Source of the DNA: an uncultured delta proteobacterium
GTDB taxonomy: Bacteria > Myxococcota > Myxococcia > Myxococcales > Anaeromyxobacteraceae
Length of the DNA stretch: 64,000 nucleotides
Assembly (NCBI GenBank): GCA_963845515.1
Contig: CAWJSR010000026.1
Coordinates: forward strand, 32,001 to 96,000
Reading direction: 5' to 3'
Positions 53,672 to 63,907 of this stretch are shown piece after piece (positions within the stretch are counted from its first letter, which is position 1; each line of letters begins with the position of its first letter). The position numbers and the translations under genes were made by a program. Under the pieces are notes generated by a model. The model worked only from the letters and a program-made list of their open reading frames with translations. It ran no database searches and had not been told where the DNA came from.

Positions 53672-54708
53672 GACGGGGCCGGGAGCCGCACCTCCCCCGC
53701 CGCGATCGCCCGCTCCACCCGCTCGCCGGGCGCGAGCGCCGTCCCTCCCCACAGCACGGCGTCCCGGACGACGGCCCCGGCGGCGACGCGGCAGCCTGGG
53801 CCGACCACGGCGTTCGGCCCGACGCGCGCCCCCGCCTCCACGACGGCCCCCGCACCCAGCAGGACCGGCCCCACCAGCGAGGCGGCGGGATCGATCCGCG
53901 CGTCGCGCGCGGCGCGCACGCCCGGGCCGCGCTCCACGCAGCCGGCGAACGGATCGATCCCTTCGAAGGGGCCCAGTGGAACCCGCCCGGCGAGCAGGTC
54001 GGCGTGGGCCGCGAGGTAGCGATCGGGCGCGCCCAGGTCGTTCCAGTAACCGTCGACGAGGAGGGCCCGCACCCGCCCGCCCGACATCAGCGGCGGGTAG
54101 ACGTGCCGGTTGATGTCGCACTCGAAGGGCGACGCCGGGACCAGGTCGAGCAGCGCCGGCGACAGGACGTGGACGCCCGAGAAGTGGAGCGGCGTGAGCC
54201 CCTCGCCGCCCGGCCCGAAGCTCCCGGCGATCCGCCTGACCGCGCCCCCCGGGTCCACCTCCACCGCGGCGTAGCGTCCGCCAGCGGGCATCTGAAGCAG
54301 GACCATCGTGGCCAGCGCGCCGGACGCGCGGTGGTCCGAGAGCGCCCCTGCCAGGTCGACGTCGAAGAGGACGTCGCCGTTCAGCAGCAGCACGGTCTCC
54401 GCGCCGGCGAGCAGCGCGCGCGCCTCGCGCAGCGCGCCGCCGGTGCCGGCGATGATCGGCTCGCGCGAGACCGCCATCTCCATCCCGAGCGCCGCTGCCG
54501 CCGCGCGCGCCTCCCGCTCCATCTCCTCCGGGAGGTGGTGGAGGTTGACGACGGCGCGTCGGACCCCGGCGCCCCGCAGGAGCGCGAGCGACCAGCGGAC
54601 GAGCGGGACGTTGGCGACCGGGACGGCCGGCTTGGGGACCCGCTCGGTGAGCGGCCGCAGCCGCGTGCCGAGCCCTGCACAGAGGACCATCCCGACGATC
54701 TCGCCCAC
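53656..54708 (-). CDS. NDP-sugar pyrophosphorylase / nucleotidyltransferase with a C-terminal left-handed beta-helix
   Basis: GTG 54708; MVLCAGLGTRLRPLT...PKP; GTGGAL; LNGD; YWNDLG; hexapeptide repeats. Confidence 0.9.
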   Translation of the reverse strand: MGEIVGMVLCAGLGTRLRPLTERVPKPAVPVANVPLVRWSLALLRGAGVRRAVVNLHHLPEEMEREARAAAAALGMEMAVSREPIIAGTGGALREARALLAGAETVLLLNGDVLFDVDLAGALSDHRASGALATMVLLQMPAGGRYAAVEVDPGGAVRRIAGSFGPGGEGLTPLHFSGVHVLSPALLDLVPASPFECDINRHVYPPLMSGGRVRALLVDGYWNDLGAPDRYLAAHADLLAGRVPLGPFEGIDPFAGCVERGPGVRAARDARIDPAASLVGPVLLGAGAVVEAGARVGPNAVVGPGCRVAAGAVVRDAVLWGGTALAPGERVERAIAAGEVRLPAPSTLPR

Positions 54709-54750
54709 CGGTTCAACCTCCCGACGCGTCCGTGATACCCAGACTACCCG

Positions 54751-55902
54751 ATGGCCCCCGCCACGCGCCTCCGCCTCGTCTACTTCCTCTACTACGGCGG
54801 GGTCGGGACGCTCATGCCGTACTTCGGCGCGTACCTGCGCGGCCTCGGCTTCTCGGGCGGCGTGATCGGCACGATCCAGATGATCCCGTCGCTCCTCGCG
54901 CCGGCCGTCGCGATCGGCTGGGCCACGTTCGCCGACCACCGCGCGACGCCGGCCCGCGCGCTGCGGCTCGCCTCCGCGTGGGCCGCCCTCGCGATCCTCG
55001 CCCTCCCCTTCGCGCGGGCGCCGTGGCAGATCGGCGCCGTGATGGCAGCGATGGCGCTGGGGAGCGCCGCCGTCGTGCCGCTCACCGACTCGATCACGCT
55101 GGAGCACTGCCGCGACAACCCCGGCGTCTCGTACGCGCGGATCCGGCTCTTCGGCTCGCTGGGCTTCATCGCCCTGACGCTGGCGGTCGGCCGGCTCCTC
55201 ACGCTTCGCGGAGCCCGGCCCGCCGACGTGGTGGTCCCGCTCGTCACGGCCGCGAGCGTCGTCGGCTATGCGCTCGTGGCCCGCGGCGCGCCGCAGCCTC
55301 CGCACCACGGCGGGCGCCCGCCGCCAGGCGCGCTGCTCGACCTGGCGCGCGACCCGCGGCTGCTCCTGCTCCTGGGCGCGGCGGCGATCCACTGGGCCGC
55401 CTGCGCGCCGTACCACCTCTTCTTCGGCGTCCACGTCCGCGACCTCGGCCTCCCCGCGGACGTCACCGGGATCGGGATGGGGATCGGCGTGGTCGCCGAG
55501 ATCGTGGCGCTCCTCTACTTCCCGCGCCTCGAGCGGCGCTTCGCCCAGCGAACGCTCCTGACGATCGCGTTCCTGGGCTCCGCCGTCCGCTGGGCGATCA
55601 TGTCCCGCGTGACCGGCGCGGCGGCGGTCGCGGGGCTGCAGGCGTTCCACGGCGTCACGTTCGGCATCTTCTGGGGCTCGGCGATGAGGGGGATCGCGGA
55701 GCTGGTCCCGCCGCGGCTGCGCGCCACGGGCCAGGCGCTCTTCACGGCCGTCGTCTTCGGCGGCGGCAACGCGATCGGCTACGCGCTGTCCGGGTGGGGC
55801 TACGACCGGTTCGGCGGCGTCGGGCCCGTCTTCGCGGCGGCGGCCGTCGCCGAGCTCCTGGCGCTCGCGGTGGTGATCCTCAGCCCGCGTGCGCAGCCGT
55901 GA
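54751..55902 (+). CDS. MFS transporter (MFS_1-like / PPP family)
   Basis: About 12 hydrophobic segments; YFLYYG; YARIRLFGSLGF; QAFHGVTFG; RATGQAL. Confidence 0.9.
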   Translation: MAPATRLRLVYFLYYGGVGTLMPYFGAYLRGLGFSGGVIGTIQMIPSLLAPAVAIGWATFADHRATPARALRLASAWAALAILALPFARAPWQIGAVMAAMALGSAAVVPLTDSITLEHCRDNPGVSYARIRLFGSLGFIALTLAVGRLLTLRGARPADVVVPLVTAASVVGYALVARGAPQPPHHGGRPPPGALLDLARDPRLLLLLGAAAIHWAACAPYHLFFGVHVRDLGLPADVTGIGMGIGVVAEIVALLYFPRLERRFAQRTLLTIAFLGSAVRWAIMSRVTGAAAVAGLQAFHGVTFGIFWGSAMRGIAELVPPRLRATGQALFTAVVFGGGNAIGYALSGWGYDRFGGVGPVFAAAAVAELLALAVVILSPRAQP

Positions 55903-56617
55903 CACCCTCGAGCGGCTGGGCCGCCGCCACCAGCTCGCCGAACCGGAGCGCGTACGCCGGCCCGCGCGCCTCCTCCTCGTGCTTGAAGAAGACGAACGCC
56001 TCGTCCCACGGCTGCGCGCGGACCGTCTCCGCCCAGCGGACGAGCCCGGCCTCGTCGTAGTCGGGGCGGCGCAGGCGCAGGTAGCCGAAGCGAGCCGTCG
56101 CCACGAGCGGCGTCGAGCGCTCCTCCTCGTCGGCGATGCACAGCGCCGCGCCTGCGTCGGCGAGCGCCCGCATGACATCCTCGGAGAACCAGCTCTCGTG
56201 CCTGAACTCGAACGCCGCGCGGCCGCCGGGGGGGAGCAGCCCGAGGAACTCCTGGAGCCTCCCGAGCTCCTTCTTCGCGTTTGGCGGGAGCTGCCAGAGG
56301 ACCGGCCCGAGCGTCCCCTCAAGCTCCGCGGCGACGCGGTAGAACCAGGCGACGTCCTCGGCGACGCCGGCGAGCCGCTTCACGTGCGTGATCCGCTGCG
56401 GCCCCTTGAGCGCGAAGACGAAGGACGGCGGCACGGCGGCGCGCCAGGCCGCCAGGGGCTTCGCCTGGGGCATCCGGTAGAAGGTGTTGTTGATCTCGAC
56501 CGTCGGCAGCCGGGCCGCGTAGGCGGCTAGCATCCGGGAGGCCGGCAGGGCGTCCGGGTAGAACGACCCCTTCCAGGCAGGGTAGCTGAACCCGCTCGTG
56601 CCGGCGCGAACCCGCAT
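55880..56617 (-). CDS. DUF72 family protein
   Basis: GTSGFSYPAWKGSFYP; TVEINNTFYR; ITHVKRL; QLPP; AFEFRHESW; YLRL. Confidence 0.93.
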   Translation of the reverse strand: MRVRAGTSGFSYPAWKGSFYPDALPASRMLAAYAARLPTVEINNTFYRMPQAKPLAAWRAAVPPSFVFALKGPQRITHVKRLAGVAEDVAWFYRVAAELEGTLGPVLWQLPPNAKKELGRLQEFLGLLPPGGRAAFEFRHESWFSEDVMRALADAGAALCIADEEERSTPLVATARFGYLRLRRPDYDEAGLVRWAETVRAQPWDEAFVFFKHEEEARGPAYALRFGELVAAAQPLEGVTAAHAG

Positions 56618-56714
56618 GGCGACCGAATACCCTGCAGGCAGCCAGCTCGCCCCGGCTCGATGGGCTCCCGCGACGGCGGGGGAGCCCGCCCCGCGAGCGC
56701 GCCGGTGAGCCCCA

Positions 56715-57314
56715 TCACCTCACGGCGCGGAGGGTCTTCGCGCCCAGCACCTTCCGAAGGACCAGGAAGAGCTCGGCCGTCGCGATGGCGTCGGTCAGCG
56801 CGTCGTGCGCCTGGTACTCGGGCAGGCCGAACTGGCGCCGCGCCCTGGTCAGGTTGAGCGCGGGGAGCTCGCGCGGGAGGTGGGGCTCGCGGCGCAGGCG
56901 GTGGTGGGAGACCCGGACCAGGAGATCGACGGTGTCTACCACTGGCGGACGCGGCCACCGCAGCCCGCACTCGCGGTAGGCCCGGCGGAGGAAGGCGAGA
57001 TCCAGGCTGCGGTGGTGGAGGAGCAGCACCCCCTCACGTAGCCGACGATCTATCTCCGGCAGCACCTCGCAGACCGGCGGCGCATCGCGGACCTCTCCCC
57101 AGACGAGCTGGTGGGCCTTCACCGAGTCGGGGTCTATCCCTCCCGCGGAGTCGGGGCGCACGAGCGTGCACCAGGCCTGCCCGAGCCGGATCGTCCCCTC
57201 GCGGATCGGGACCATCCCCACCGCCAGCATGGCGTCCTTGCGGGCGTCGAGCCCACCCGTCTCGAGATCGAGCGACCAGTAGACGACCGAGTCCCAGGGC
57301 GGGGACGAGAACAC
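56715..57314 (-). CDS. DEDDh 3'-5' exonuclease (DnaQ-like) associated with DUF294 genes
   Basis: SLDLETGGLD; H...LDLAFL; VDT; AHDALTDAIATAELF. Confidence 0.9.
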   Translation of the reverse strand: MFSSPPWDSVVYWSLDLETGGLDARKDAMLAVGMVPIREGTIRLGQAWCTLVRPDSAGGIDPDSVKAHQLVWGEVRDAPPVCEVLPEIDRRLREGVLLLHHRSLDLAFLRRAYRECGLRWPRPPVVDTVDLLVRVSHHRLRREPHLPRELPALNLTRARRQFGLPEYQAHDALTDAIATAELFLVLRKVLGAKTLRAVR

Positions 57315-57384
57315 TAGCGCCCCGACCCGGGCGTGGGCACGCAGCGAGAGCGTCGAGGCCGGGACAGCGGCGCTGGCACCGTCA

Positions 57385-59190
57385 CTAGAACTCCAGCTTG
57401 AAGTGGAAGGTGCCGCGATCCTGCCAGCTGCGGATCGCGCGGAAGGAGTCCTTCAGCCGGCTCCGCTCGATGGCGGTGAGCTGGGCGAGCGTGATCTTGT
57501 TGGTCGCCTGGCCGCCCTCCGCGATCGTCTGCAGCTGCCGGCGCAGCCGCAGCCCGAGGACGAACCGGTAGGCCTCCACGATGTTCTCCTCGTTCTCCTG
57601 GTCGATCAGGCCGGCGCGGCGCGCCACCGAGATCCGCTCCAGCGTGTTGCGCGCCCTGCTCCCCGCCTCCAGCGCGTAGGCCCGCGCCAGGAAGACGATC
57701 GGTGAGACCCCCTGCAGCTTCAGGTCCATCTCCGACTCGCTCCCGCGCAGCCGCATCAGGAGCGAAGGCGGCGGCCTGAAGTCCATGGCGGAGCGGGCGA
57801 GGAAGCGCAGGAAGGTGGGCGCGTGCGCGGCGCGGGTCACGATGTCGTCCAGGACGGTCAGCGGAAGGTCGCCAGCGACCCGCCTGAAGTCGAAGAAGAT
57901 CGACGCCTCGAGCAGCGCCTTCGGCTGGGGGGAGTCGATCCACCCTGCGAACCGCGTGGCCCACTCGCCGAGCGTCGAGTGCCAGTTCCTCGCCATGTAG
58001 CCGCCGGCGCAGCGCGGGAAGCCCGCCTTCTCCAGATCGCCGTTCGCGCGCTCGGCGAGCCTCTGGAAGTACTCGCGGTGCTCCGCCCCTTCGTCGGCGT
58101 AGACGAGCGCGTTGTCCTGGTCGGTGAGGAGCATCTGCTCCATCCGCCCCTCGGAGCCGAAGGCGATCCAGGCGTAGGGCACCGGCGGGGGGCCAATCTC
58201 CTCCTCCGCCCACCGCAGGATGCGGCGCAGGAGCGCGTCGTTGAGCCGCGCGACGAACCCCGAGATCGTCCCACTCTCCAGCCTCCCTGCCACGAGCGCC
58301 GCCACCATCTCGGCGACCTTCGCGGAGTACCCGGCGAGGCTGTCGCGCCCCGGCAGCCGCTCGACGCCGCGGAGCACCGCGACGGGCCCCTGCGCGGAGT
58401 GGCGGAGGAGGTCGCCGCTCGTGACCACCCCGACGATCTCGTCGCCTCGGGTCACCGGCAGGTGATGGACGCCGGCGTCCAGGAGCCGCGCCCAGACGTC
58501 GTAGAGCGGGAGCGTAGACGGGACGGTCAGGAGCGGCCTGGTGAGGATCCGCTCCACCGGCTCCTCCGGCCCGAGGTCGTCGGCGAGCACGCGGTTGCGG
58601 AAGTCGCGGTCCGTCACGATGGCCGGCGGCTCCCCGTGCACGAGGACCGACGAGATCCGCTCGTCGCGCATGATCTTCGCGGCCTCGCCGACCGTGGTCG
58701 TCGGTTCGACCCAGACCGGCGGCCGGAGCGCGAACTGGGAGAGGTCACCGGAGAGGTCCGACCGGAAGAGCGTGACGGGGTCCTGGTGCAGGCTGGCCCG
58801 CAGGCGGGCCGCGAGGCCGAGCGCGAAGTGACCGGCGAACCTCGCGTCGGTCATGAGCTTCCGGAAGGCCTCGGCCGGGATCCGGTAGGCGACGAGGTCC
58901 TCGTCGACCGTGACGTCCATCGTCGCCTCGCCCATCAGGAGCGAGGTGTAGCCGAACGTCTCGCCGTCCTCGACCACCTGCAGCGTCTGGCCGTCCCGCT
59001 CCAGCCGCACCGCCCCCTTGCGGATGACGTACAGGTGGGCGAACGGCGTCCCGCCGACGCGGGTCAGCCGCGTGCCGGCCGGGTAGAACGCGACGTCGAC
59101 GGTGCTCGCCGCCTCATCGAAGAGATCCTGCGGGAGCGCCTGGAAGGGCGTCGTCGCCCGGAGGTACGCCACGGGATCGATCGCGGCCAT
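57385..59190 (-). CDS. DUF294 nucleotidyltransferase-like protein (cNMP-binding, CBS pair, NTase, DUF294_C), copy 1
   Basis: LYVIRKGAVRL (cNMP); IVTDRDFRNRV and HHLPV (CBS); FGSEGRMEQMLLTDQDNALVY; GFPRCAGGYMA; IFFDFR; DLKLQGVSPIV. Confidence 0.92.
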   Translation of the reverse strand: MAAIDPVAYLRATTPFQALPQDLFDEAASTVDVAFYPAGTRLTRVGGTPFAHLYVIRKGAVRLERDGQTLQVVEDGETFGYTSLLMGEATMDVTVDEDLVAYRIPAEAFRKLMTDARFAGHFALGLAARLRASLHQDPVTLFRSDLSGDLSQFALRPPVWVEPTTTVGEAAKIMRDERISSVLVHGEPPAIVTDRDFRNRVLADDLGPEEPVERILTRPLLTVPSTLPLYDVWARLLDAGVHHLPVTRGDEIVGVVTSGDLLRHSAQGPVAVLRGVERLPGRDSLAGYSAKVAEMVAALVAGRLESGTISGFVARLNDALLRRILRWAEEEIGPPPVPYAWIAFGSEGRMEQMLLTDQDNALVYADEGAEHREYFQRLAERANGDLEKAGFPRCAGGYMARNWHSTLGEWATRFAGWIDSPQPKALLEASIFFDFRRVAGDLPLTVLDDIVTRAAHAPTFLRFLARSAMDFRPPPSLLMRLRGSESEMDLKLQGVSPIVFLARAYALEAGSRARNTLERISVARRAGLIDQENEENIVEAYRFVLGLRLRRQLQTIAEGGQATNKITLAQLTAIERSRLKDSFRAIRSWQDRGTFHFKLEF

Positions 59191-59232
59191 GGGGACGCGA
59201 TGATAGCACGGCGCACGAGCGCCCCTCCGCGC

Positions 59233-61021
59233 CTACAGGAGCCCCGTCTGGTAGTGGAAGGCCGCCTTCTCCTGCCACCGCCGGATCGCCCGGAAGGACT
59301 CCTTCACCCGATTCCGCTCCATCGGCGTCAGCGAGGCCATGACGATCTCGTTCGCCGGCACCCGGTGCTCGGAGAGCGCCCTGAGCTGCGCGCGGAGCCG
59401 GACCCCCAGGAGCAGCTCGTAGGCCTGGCTCACGTCGGCGTGCACGTTCTCGCCCATCAGCCCGGCCGCGAGGGCGGCGTCGAGCCGGCCGAAGGTGTTC
59501 CTGGTCGCCGCGCCGATCTCGACCGCGTAGCAGCGCGCCAGGAAGACGACCGGCGAGATCCCCTCCGCCTTGAGGTCGACGTGGGAGGACTTGCGCAGGA
59601 GGATGCCAGTGGGAGGCACGAACGCGAGGGCAGCGTTCGCCAGCAGCCGCACGAAGTGGCGGACCCTCTTCGCGCCCGCCAGGAGCTCCTCGATCCGGCC
59701 CACGTCGAGCTCCCCCGCCACCTTCCGGTAGTCGAAGAAGATGGCGGCGTCGTGCGGCCGCTCCTCGATGCTGGCGGAGATCTCGGTGCTCCCACTCGGA
59801 CAGCGTGCCGTGCCAGCGGCGCGCCATGCGCCCGCCGGGGCAGCGGGGGAAGCCGGCCAGCTCGAGGTCGTCGCCCACCCGATCCGCGAAGCGCTCGAAC
59901 CACTGCCGGTCGCCGGCGACGTCGTCCGCGTAGACGAGGGCGTTGTCCTGGTCGGTGAGGAGCGTCTGCTCCATCCGCCCCTCCGAGCCGAAGTCCAGCC
60001 AGGCCCAGCGCGCGGGCGCCGGCCCCAGCTCCGCCTCGACCCACCGGGTGATCCTGCGGAGGAGCGTGTCGTTGAGCCGGGCGACGAACCCGGCGATCGT
60101 GTTCGCCTCGAGCCCGCCCGAGAGGAGCGTCGAGGCCATCTCCGCCACGCGCCCGCCGTAGCCGGGGAGGCCGTCGCGACCGCCAATCCGCTCCACGCTC
60201 CGGAGCACCGAGATCGGCCCCTGCGCGGAGCACTTCAGGAGGTCGGAGGAGGTGAGCACCCCGATCAGCTCACCATCGCGCTCCACGGCGAGGTGGTTCA
60301 CCCCGGCGTCGACCAGGTTCTTCCACGCCTCGAAGAGCGGCATCCCCACCGGCACGGCCATGACCGGCTGGCTGAAGACCTGCGCCACCGGCGTCTTCGG
60401 CCCGAGCCCCTCGGCGAGGACCCGCCCGCGCAGGTCCCGGTCGGTGAGGATCCCTGGAGGCGTGGTCCGCACCAGGACCGACGAGATCCGCTCGGCCCGC
60501 ATCACGCGCGCGGCCTCGGCCACCGTCGCCCCAGCCTCCACCCATACCGCGCCGCGCCGGAGGATCTGCGCCACGTCCTGGGAGAGGTCGGGCTGGAGGG
60601 AGGCCACCGGAGAGTGGGTGAGGCTCGTCTTGAGCCGCTCGGCCAGCCCCACGGCGAAGAAGCGCGCGAACGTCGCGTCGCCCAGGAGCTTGCGGAACTC
60701 CGCCTCCGGGACGCGGTAGGCGAGCAGGTCCTCCTCCACGGTGACGTCCATGGACGCCTCGTGCGTGATCAGGGAGGTGTAGCCGAACATCTCCCCCTCC
60801 TCGACGAGCTGGAGCGTCTGGCCTTCGCGCTCCAGCCTGACGGAGCCGCGCCGGATCACGTAGAGGAAGCGGAAGGGGTCGCCGCCGGCGCTGGAGAGCC
60901 GCGTCCCCACGGGGTGGAACGCCACCTCGACGCCGGCCGCAGCCTCGTCGAACAGGGGCTGGGGCAGGAGGTCGAACGGCGCGACCGAGCGGAGGTAGGC
61001 GATCGGGTCGATGGACCGCAC
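59233..61021 (-). CDS. DUF294 nucleotidyltransferase-like protein, copy 2; one-base frameshift at ~59785
   Basis: Same architecture; FGSEGRMEQTLLTDQDNALVY. The C-terminal part (EISASIEERPHDAAIFFDYR...EKAAFHYQTGLL) is in ORF 59233..60186; length 3n+1. Confidence 0.88.
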
Positions 61022-61066
61022 GGCGCAAGGATACACCCAGCCGGGGGCGAGGCGGTCGGAGGGCGT

Positions 61067-62452
61067 TCAACCCATGACCTGATAGTGGTACGCGGCCTCC
61101 GCCTGCCACCTCCGGATGGCGCCGAAAGCCTCCAGGAGCCTGCGCCGCTCGCGGGGAGTCACCTGCCCCAGCGCGACCCGGTTGCCGCCTGCCTCGACGC
61201 TGCGACCGCGCAGCTGGACCTGCAGCCTGAGCCCGAGGAGGAACCTGAAGCCCTCGGTGACGGCTGCGCAGACCTCGTCTCCCATGAGCCCGGCGGCGCG
61301 CGCCGCCTCGAGCCGCCCGAGGGTCGATCGCTCGTCCGAGCCCACCTCGATCGCCTGGCAGCGCGCGAGGAAGACGACGGGCGTGATGCCGTGCCGCTTC
61401 AGGTCGATCGTCGCTGCGTCCCCGCGGAGCCTGAGCAGGATCGGCGGTGGCGGCCGGAACTCCAGCGCCTCGCGGGCGAGGAAGCGGACGAGCAGGGCGC
61501 TGCGCGCGCCGCCGGCGAGCGCCTCGTCGAGCGGCGCCACGTCCAGCGTCCCGGCGACGCGCCTGAAGTCGTACCAGAGCTCGGCCTCGTGGGGCCTCGG
61601 CGCCTCGACGCACTCGACGAAGCGCCGCCGCCAGGTCGAGAGCGACGCGCGGTGGTTCCGGGCCATGTGGCCGCCCGCGCAGGCAGGGAACCCCGCGACC
61701 TCGAGGTCGGCGTTGGCCCGCTCGGCGAGCCTCAGGTACCAGTCGGCGTGAGGCTCGCCGGCGTCATGGTAGGCGAGGAGGTTGTCCTGATCGGTGAGGA
61801 GCGTCTGCTCCCTGCGCCCCTCGGATCCCATCGCGATCCAGGCCCAGGGGGCCGGGGGCGCGCCCAGCTCCTCCTCCGCCCAGCCGAGGATGCGCCGAAC
61901 GAGGGCGTCGTTGACCCGCGCGACCAGGGCGGCGATGGCGACCGCGTCGGGGGCGACCGCGACCAGCCCCTCGACCATCTCCGCCACCTGCGCGGCGTAG
62001 CCCGCCAGCGAGTCGCGACCCCGGAGCCCCTCGATCCGCCGCTGCAGGACGAGCGGCCCGCGGGCCGAGCCGCGGAGCAGGTCGCCGGAGGTGAGGATCC
62101 CGACGATCTCCCCGTCCCTGACCACCGGGAGGTGGCGGACCCCGGCGTCGAGCACCACCTGCCACGCGGCGTAGACCGGCGTGCCCCACGGGATCGTGAC
62201 GAGCGGGCGGCTGAAGACGCTCGCGACCGGCGTGGCCGGCCCCAGCCCCTCGGCCAGCACGCGGCCGCGGAGGTCCCGGTCGGTGAGGATCGCCGGCGGG
62301 TCGCAGCGCACCAGCACGGACGAGATCCGCTCCTCGCGCATGACCCTCGCCGCCGCGCCCACCGTCGCGTCGCCGTCGACCCAGCGGGCGGGACGGCGGA
62401 GCAGGTGCTGGACCTCGAGGGCGAGGAGCGAGTCGGGGACGGTCGAGCGCAA
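61067..62452 (-). CDS. DUF294 nucleotidyltransferase-like protein, copy 3, lacking the cNMP domain
   Basis: Begins at the CBS pair; MGSEGRREQTLLTDQDNLLAY; DLKRHGITPVV; start codon uncertain. Confidence 0.85.
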   Translation of the reverse strand: MRSTVPDSLLALEVQHLLRRPARWVDGDATVGAAARVMREERISSVLVRCDPPAILTDRDLRGRVLAEGLGPATPVASVFSRPLVTIPWGTPVYAAWQVVLDAGVRHLPVVRDGEIVGILTSGDLLRGSARGPLVLQRRIEGLRGRDSLAGYAAQVAEMVEGLVAVAPDAVAIAALVARVNDALVRRILGWAEEELGAPPAPWAWIAMGSEGRREQTLLTDQDNLLAYHDAGEPHADWYLRLAERANADLEVAGFPACAGGHMARNHRASLSTWRRRFVECVEAPRPHEAELWYDFRRVAGTLDVAPLDEALAGGARSALLVRFLAREALEFRPPPPILLRLRGDAATIDLKRHGITPVVFLARCQAIEVGSDERSTLGRLEAARAAGLMGDEVCAAVTEGFRFLLGLRLQVQLRGRSVEAGGNRVALGQVTPRERRRLLEAFGAIRRWQAEAAYHYQVMG

Positions 62453-62520
62453 GGGGCTGCGTACGCCGGCTGCCGGACCGCGGCGCGGTCACGCCGCGAT
62501 CCGGCAGTGGCGCGCCTCGA

Positions 62521-62949
62521 TCAGGCCTCGACCTTGGCCACGATCTTCTGGACCGCGGCCGCCAGCGCGGGGGCCGGCGTGACGAGCACCGTCCGTCCGG
62601 CGAGCGTCCACGAGAACCGTGGCTCGTCCTTGTGCTGCGTGTAGACGGCGCGCAGGTCGTCCGAGAGGATCTGGGCCTTGGCCGCAGTCAGGCCGTGATC
62701 CTTCATCGCCGTCTTGAAGTTGCTCTCGCGTCCGTCGTGGAACCAGACGATGCCGAACGTCCCCGGCGGCTTTCCAACGAAGACGTAATAGCCGCGCTCC
62801 GCGGGGACTATCTCCAGCTTGTCCTGGACGCGCTTGGCGAACCCCTCGAGCAGCTCCCGATCACGCCCCAGCCGCGCGGCGGTCTCGCTCGACTGCTCCA
62901 GCTGCGGGCGCGGCTTCTCTCCACCGAACAGGTTACCCAGCAAACCCAT
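62521..62949 (-). CDS. Conserved hypothetical protein
   Basis: MGLLGNLFGG...YVFVGKPPGTFGIVWFHDG; GGGAG RBS; coding-like codon usage. Confidence 0.7.
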   Translation of the reverse strand: MGLLGNLFGGEKPRPQLEQSSETAARLGRDRELLEGFAKRVQDKLEIVPAERGYYVFVGKPPGTFGIVWFHDGRESNFKTAMKDHGLTAAKAQILSDDLRAVYTQHKDEPRFSWTLAGRTVLVTPAPALAAAVQKIVAKVEA

Positions 62950-63109
62950 AGGTCGCTCCCTTCACTCGACGTACTCTGCGAGGAGGGAAGCAGGAGCCGC
63001 CTCGGAGAGATACGTCATCTCCGAATGGCGGCCCGGCCATCCGATCAACCTCCGGAGTGCACTCACTGCCCTCCGGACCCGCACAGACTGTAGCAGCCTC
63101 ACCGGGGTC

Positions 63110-63124
63110 TGGCGCAAGAGCTGC
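63110..63124 (+). promoter_or_regulatory. Possible sigma54 (-24/-12) promoter
   Basis: TGGCGC-AAGAG-CTGC (GG-N10-GC), about 50 nt upstream of ATG 63174. Confidence 0.3.
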
Positions 63125-63173
63125 GCGCAAAAACATGCTGCTTTTTACGCGCTGCGTCGCTATATGTCAGTGA

Positions 63174-63674
63174 ATGCGTGAACCGAACAGGGTCTGGGCG
63201 GGTCTCTACGGCGCTGCCTTCCATGCGCTGCTGGTCGTCATAATGGTGGGGCTGGCGCTCTACAACCGGGCCGAGCTCGTTCCCGCCGTCCTCGTCCGGG
63301 CCGTGCCCGTGCTCCTGGTCTCTGCGCTCGTCCTCTACTACTTCATCGTCGGCCCCTACCTCCCGAGCCGCTCCAAGCGGAAGGCGGCCGTCTTCGCGGA
63401 CTCGGCCATCGGCATGCTGGTGGAGACTGCCATCGCCGTGCTCACCTCGGTCCTCTACTCCCTGATCGCGTCGATCCCCACGCTCTCGGACGGGTTCGGC
63501 GCCTTCGGCCCGACGTTCCTGTGGACGTCCGCCCGGACGCTCCTCTGGATGTTCGGCAGCTTCTTCGTGCAGATCCTGGTGGTCGGCAACGCCGCCGGGC
63601 TCGTGGGCTGGGTCGTGCTGAAGAAGCTGGCTGACCGCTCGGCTGCCACCAGCCCCAAGCCGGACGCCGCGTAG
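63174..63674 (+). CDS. Integral membrane protein (~4 TM)
   Basis: Four hydrophobic segments in 166 aa. Confidence 0.7.
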   Translation: MREPNRVWAGLYGAAFHALLVVIMVGLALYNRAELVPAVLVRAVPVLLVSALVLYYFIVGPYLPSRSKRKAAVFADSAIGMLVETAIAVLTSVLYSLIASIPTLSDGFGAFGPTFLWTSARTLLWMFGSFFVQILVVGNAAGLVGWVVLKKLADRSAATSPKPDAA

Positions 63675-63691
63675 GTCGGGGTCACCTCGCC

Positions 63692-63907
63692 ATGCCCTTC
63701 ATGGACCTGACCTCGTCGGTCGGCCTCCTCGTGGTCTCGATCATCGTGGCGAGCAACGGCGGCCGGATCGCCGCTCACCGCGAGGTCGTCACGCGGTTCG
63801 GGGCTCTCCGGGGCGCGCCGGCGCTCGCGCTCGGGATCGCGATGCTCCTGGCCGGGCTGGTGGGCGTCGGCTTCTCCTGGTACGTGGGGCTCCGGCTCGG
63901 GGGCTGA
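63692..63907 (+). CDS. Small two-TM membrane protein
   Basis: 71 aa with two hydrophobic segments; same strand as the upstream gene and 17 nt from it. Confidence 0.55.
   Translation: MPFMDLTSSVGLLVVSIIVASNGGRIAAHREVVTRFGALRGAPALALGIAMLLAGLVGVGFSWYVGLRLGG

Noticed and set aside
448..62644. Many long antisense or alternate-frame ORFs (e.g. 448..1881, 8861..10915, 17429..19714, 59741..62644)
   Set aside because: Shadow ORFs typical of very GC-rich DNA. They overlap well-supported genes and have Arg/Gly/Pro-biased, motif-free translations.
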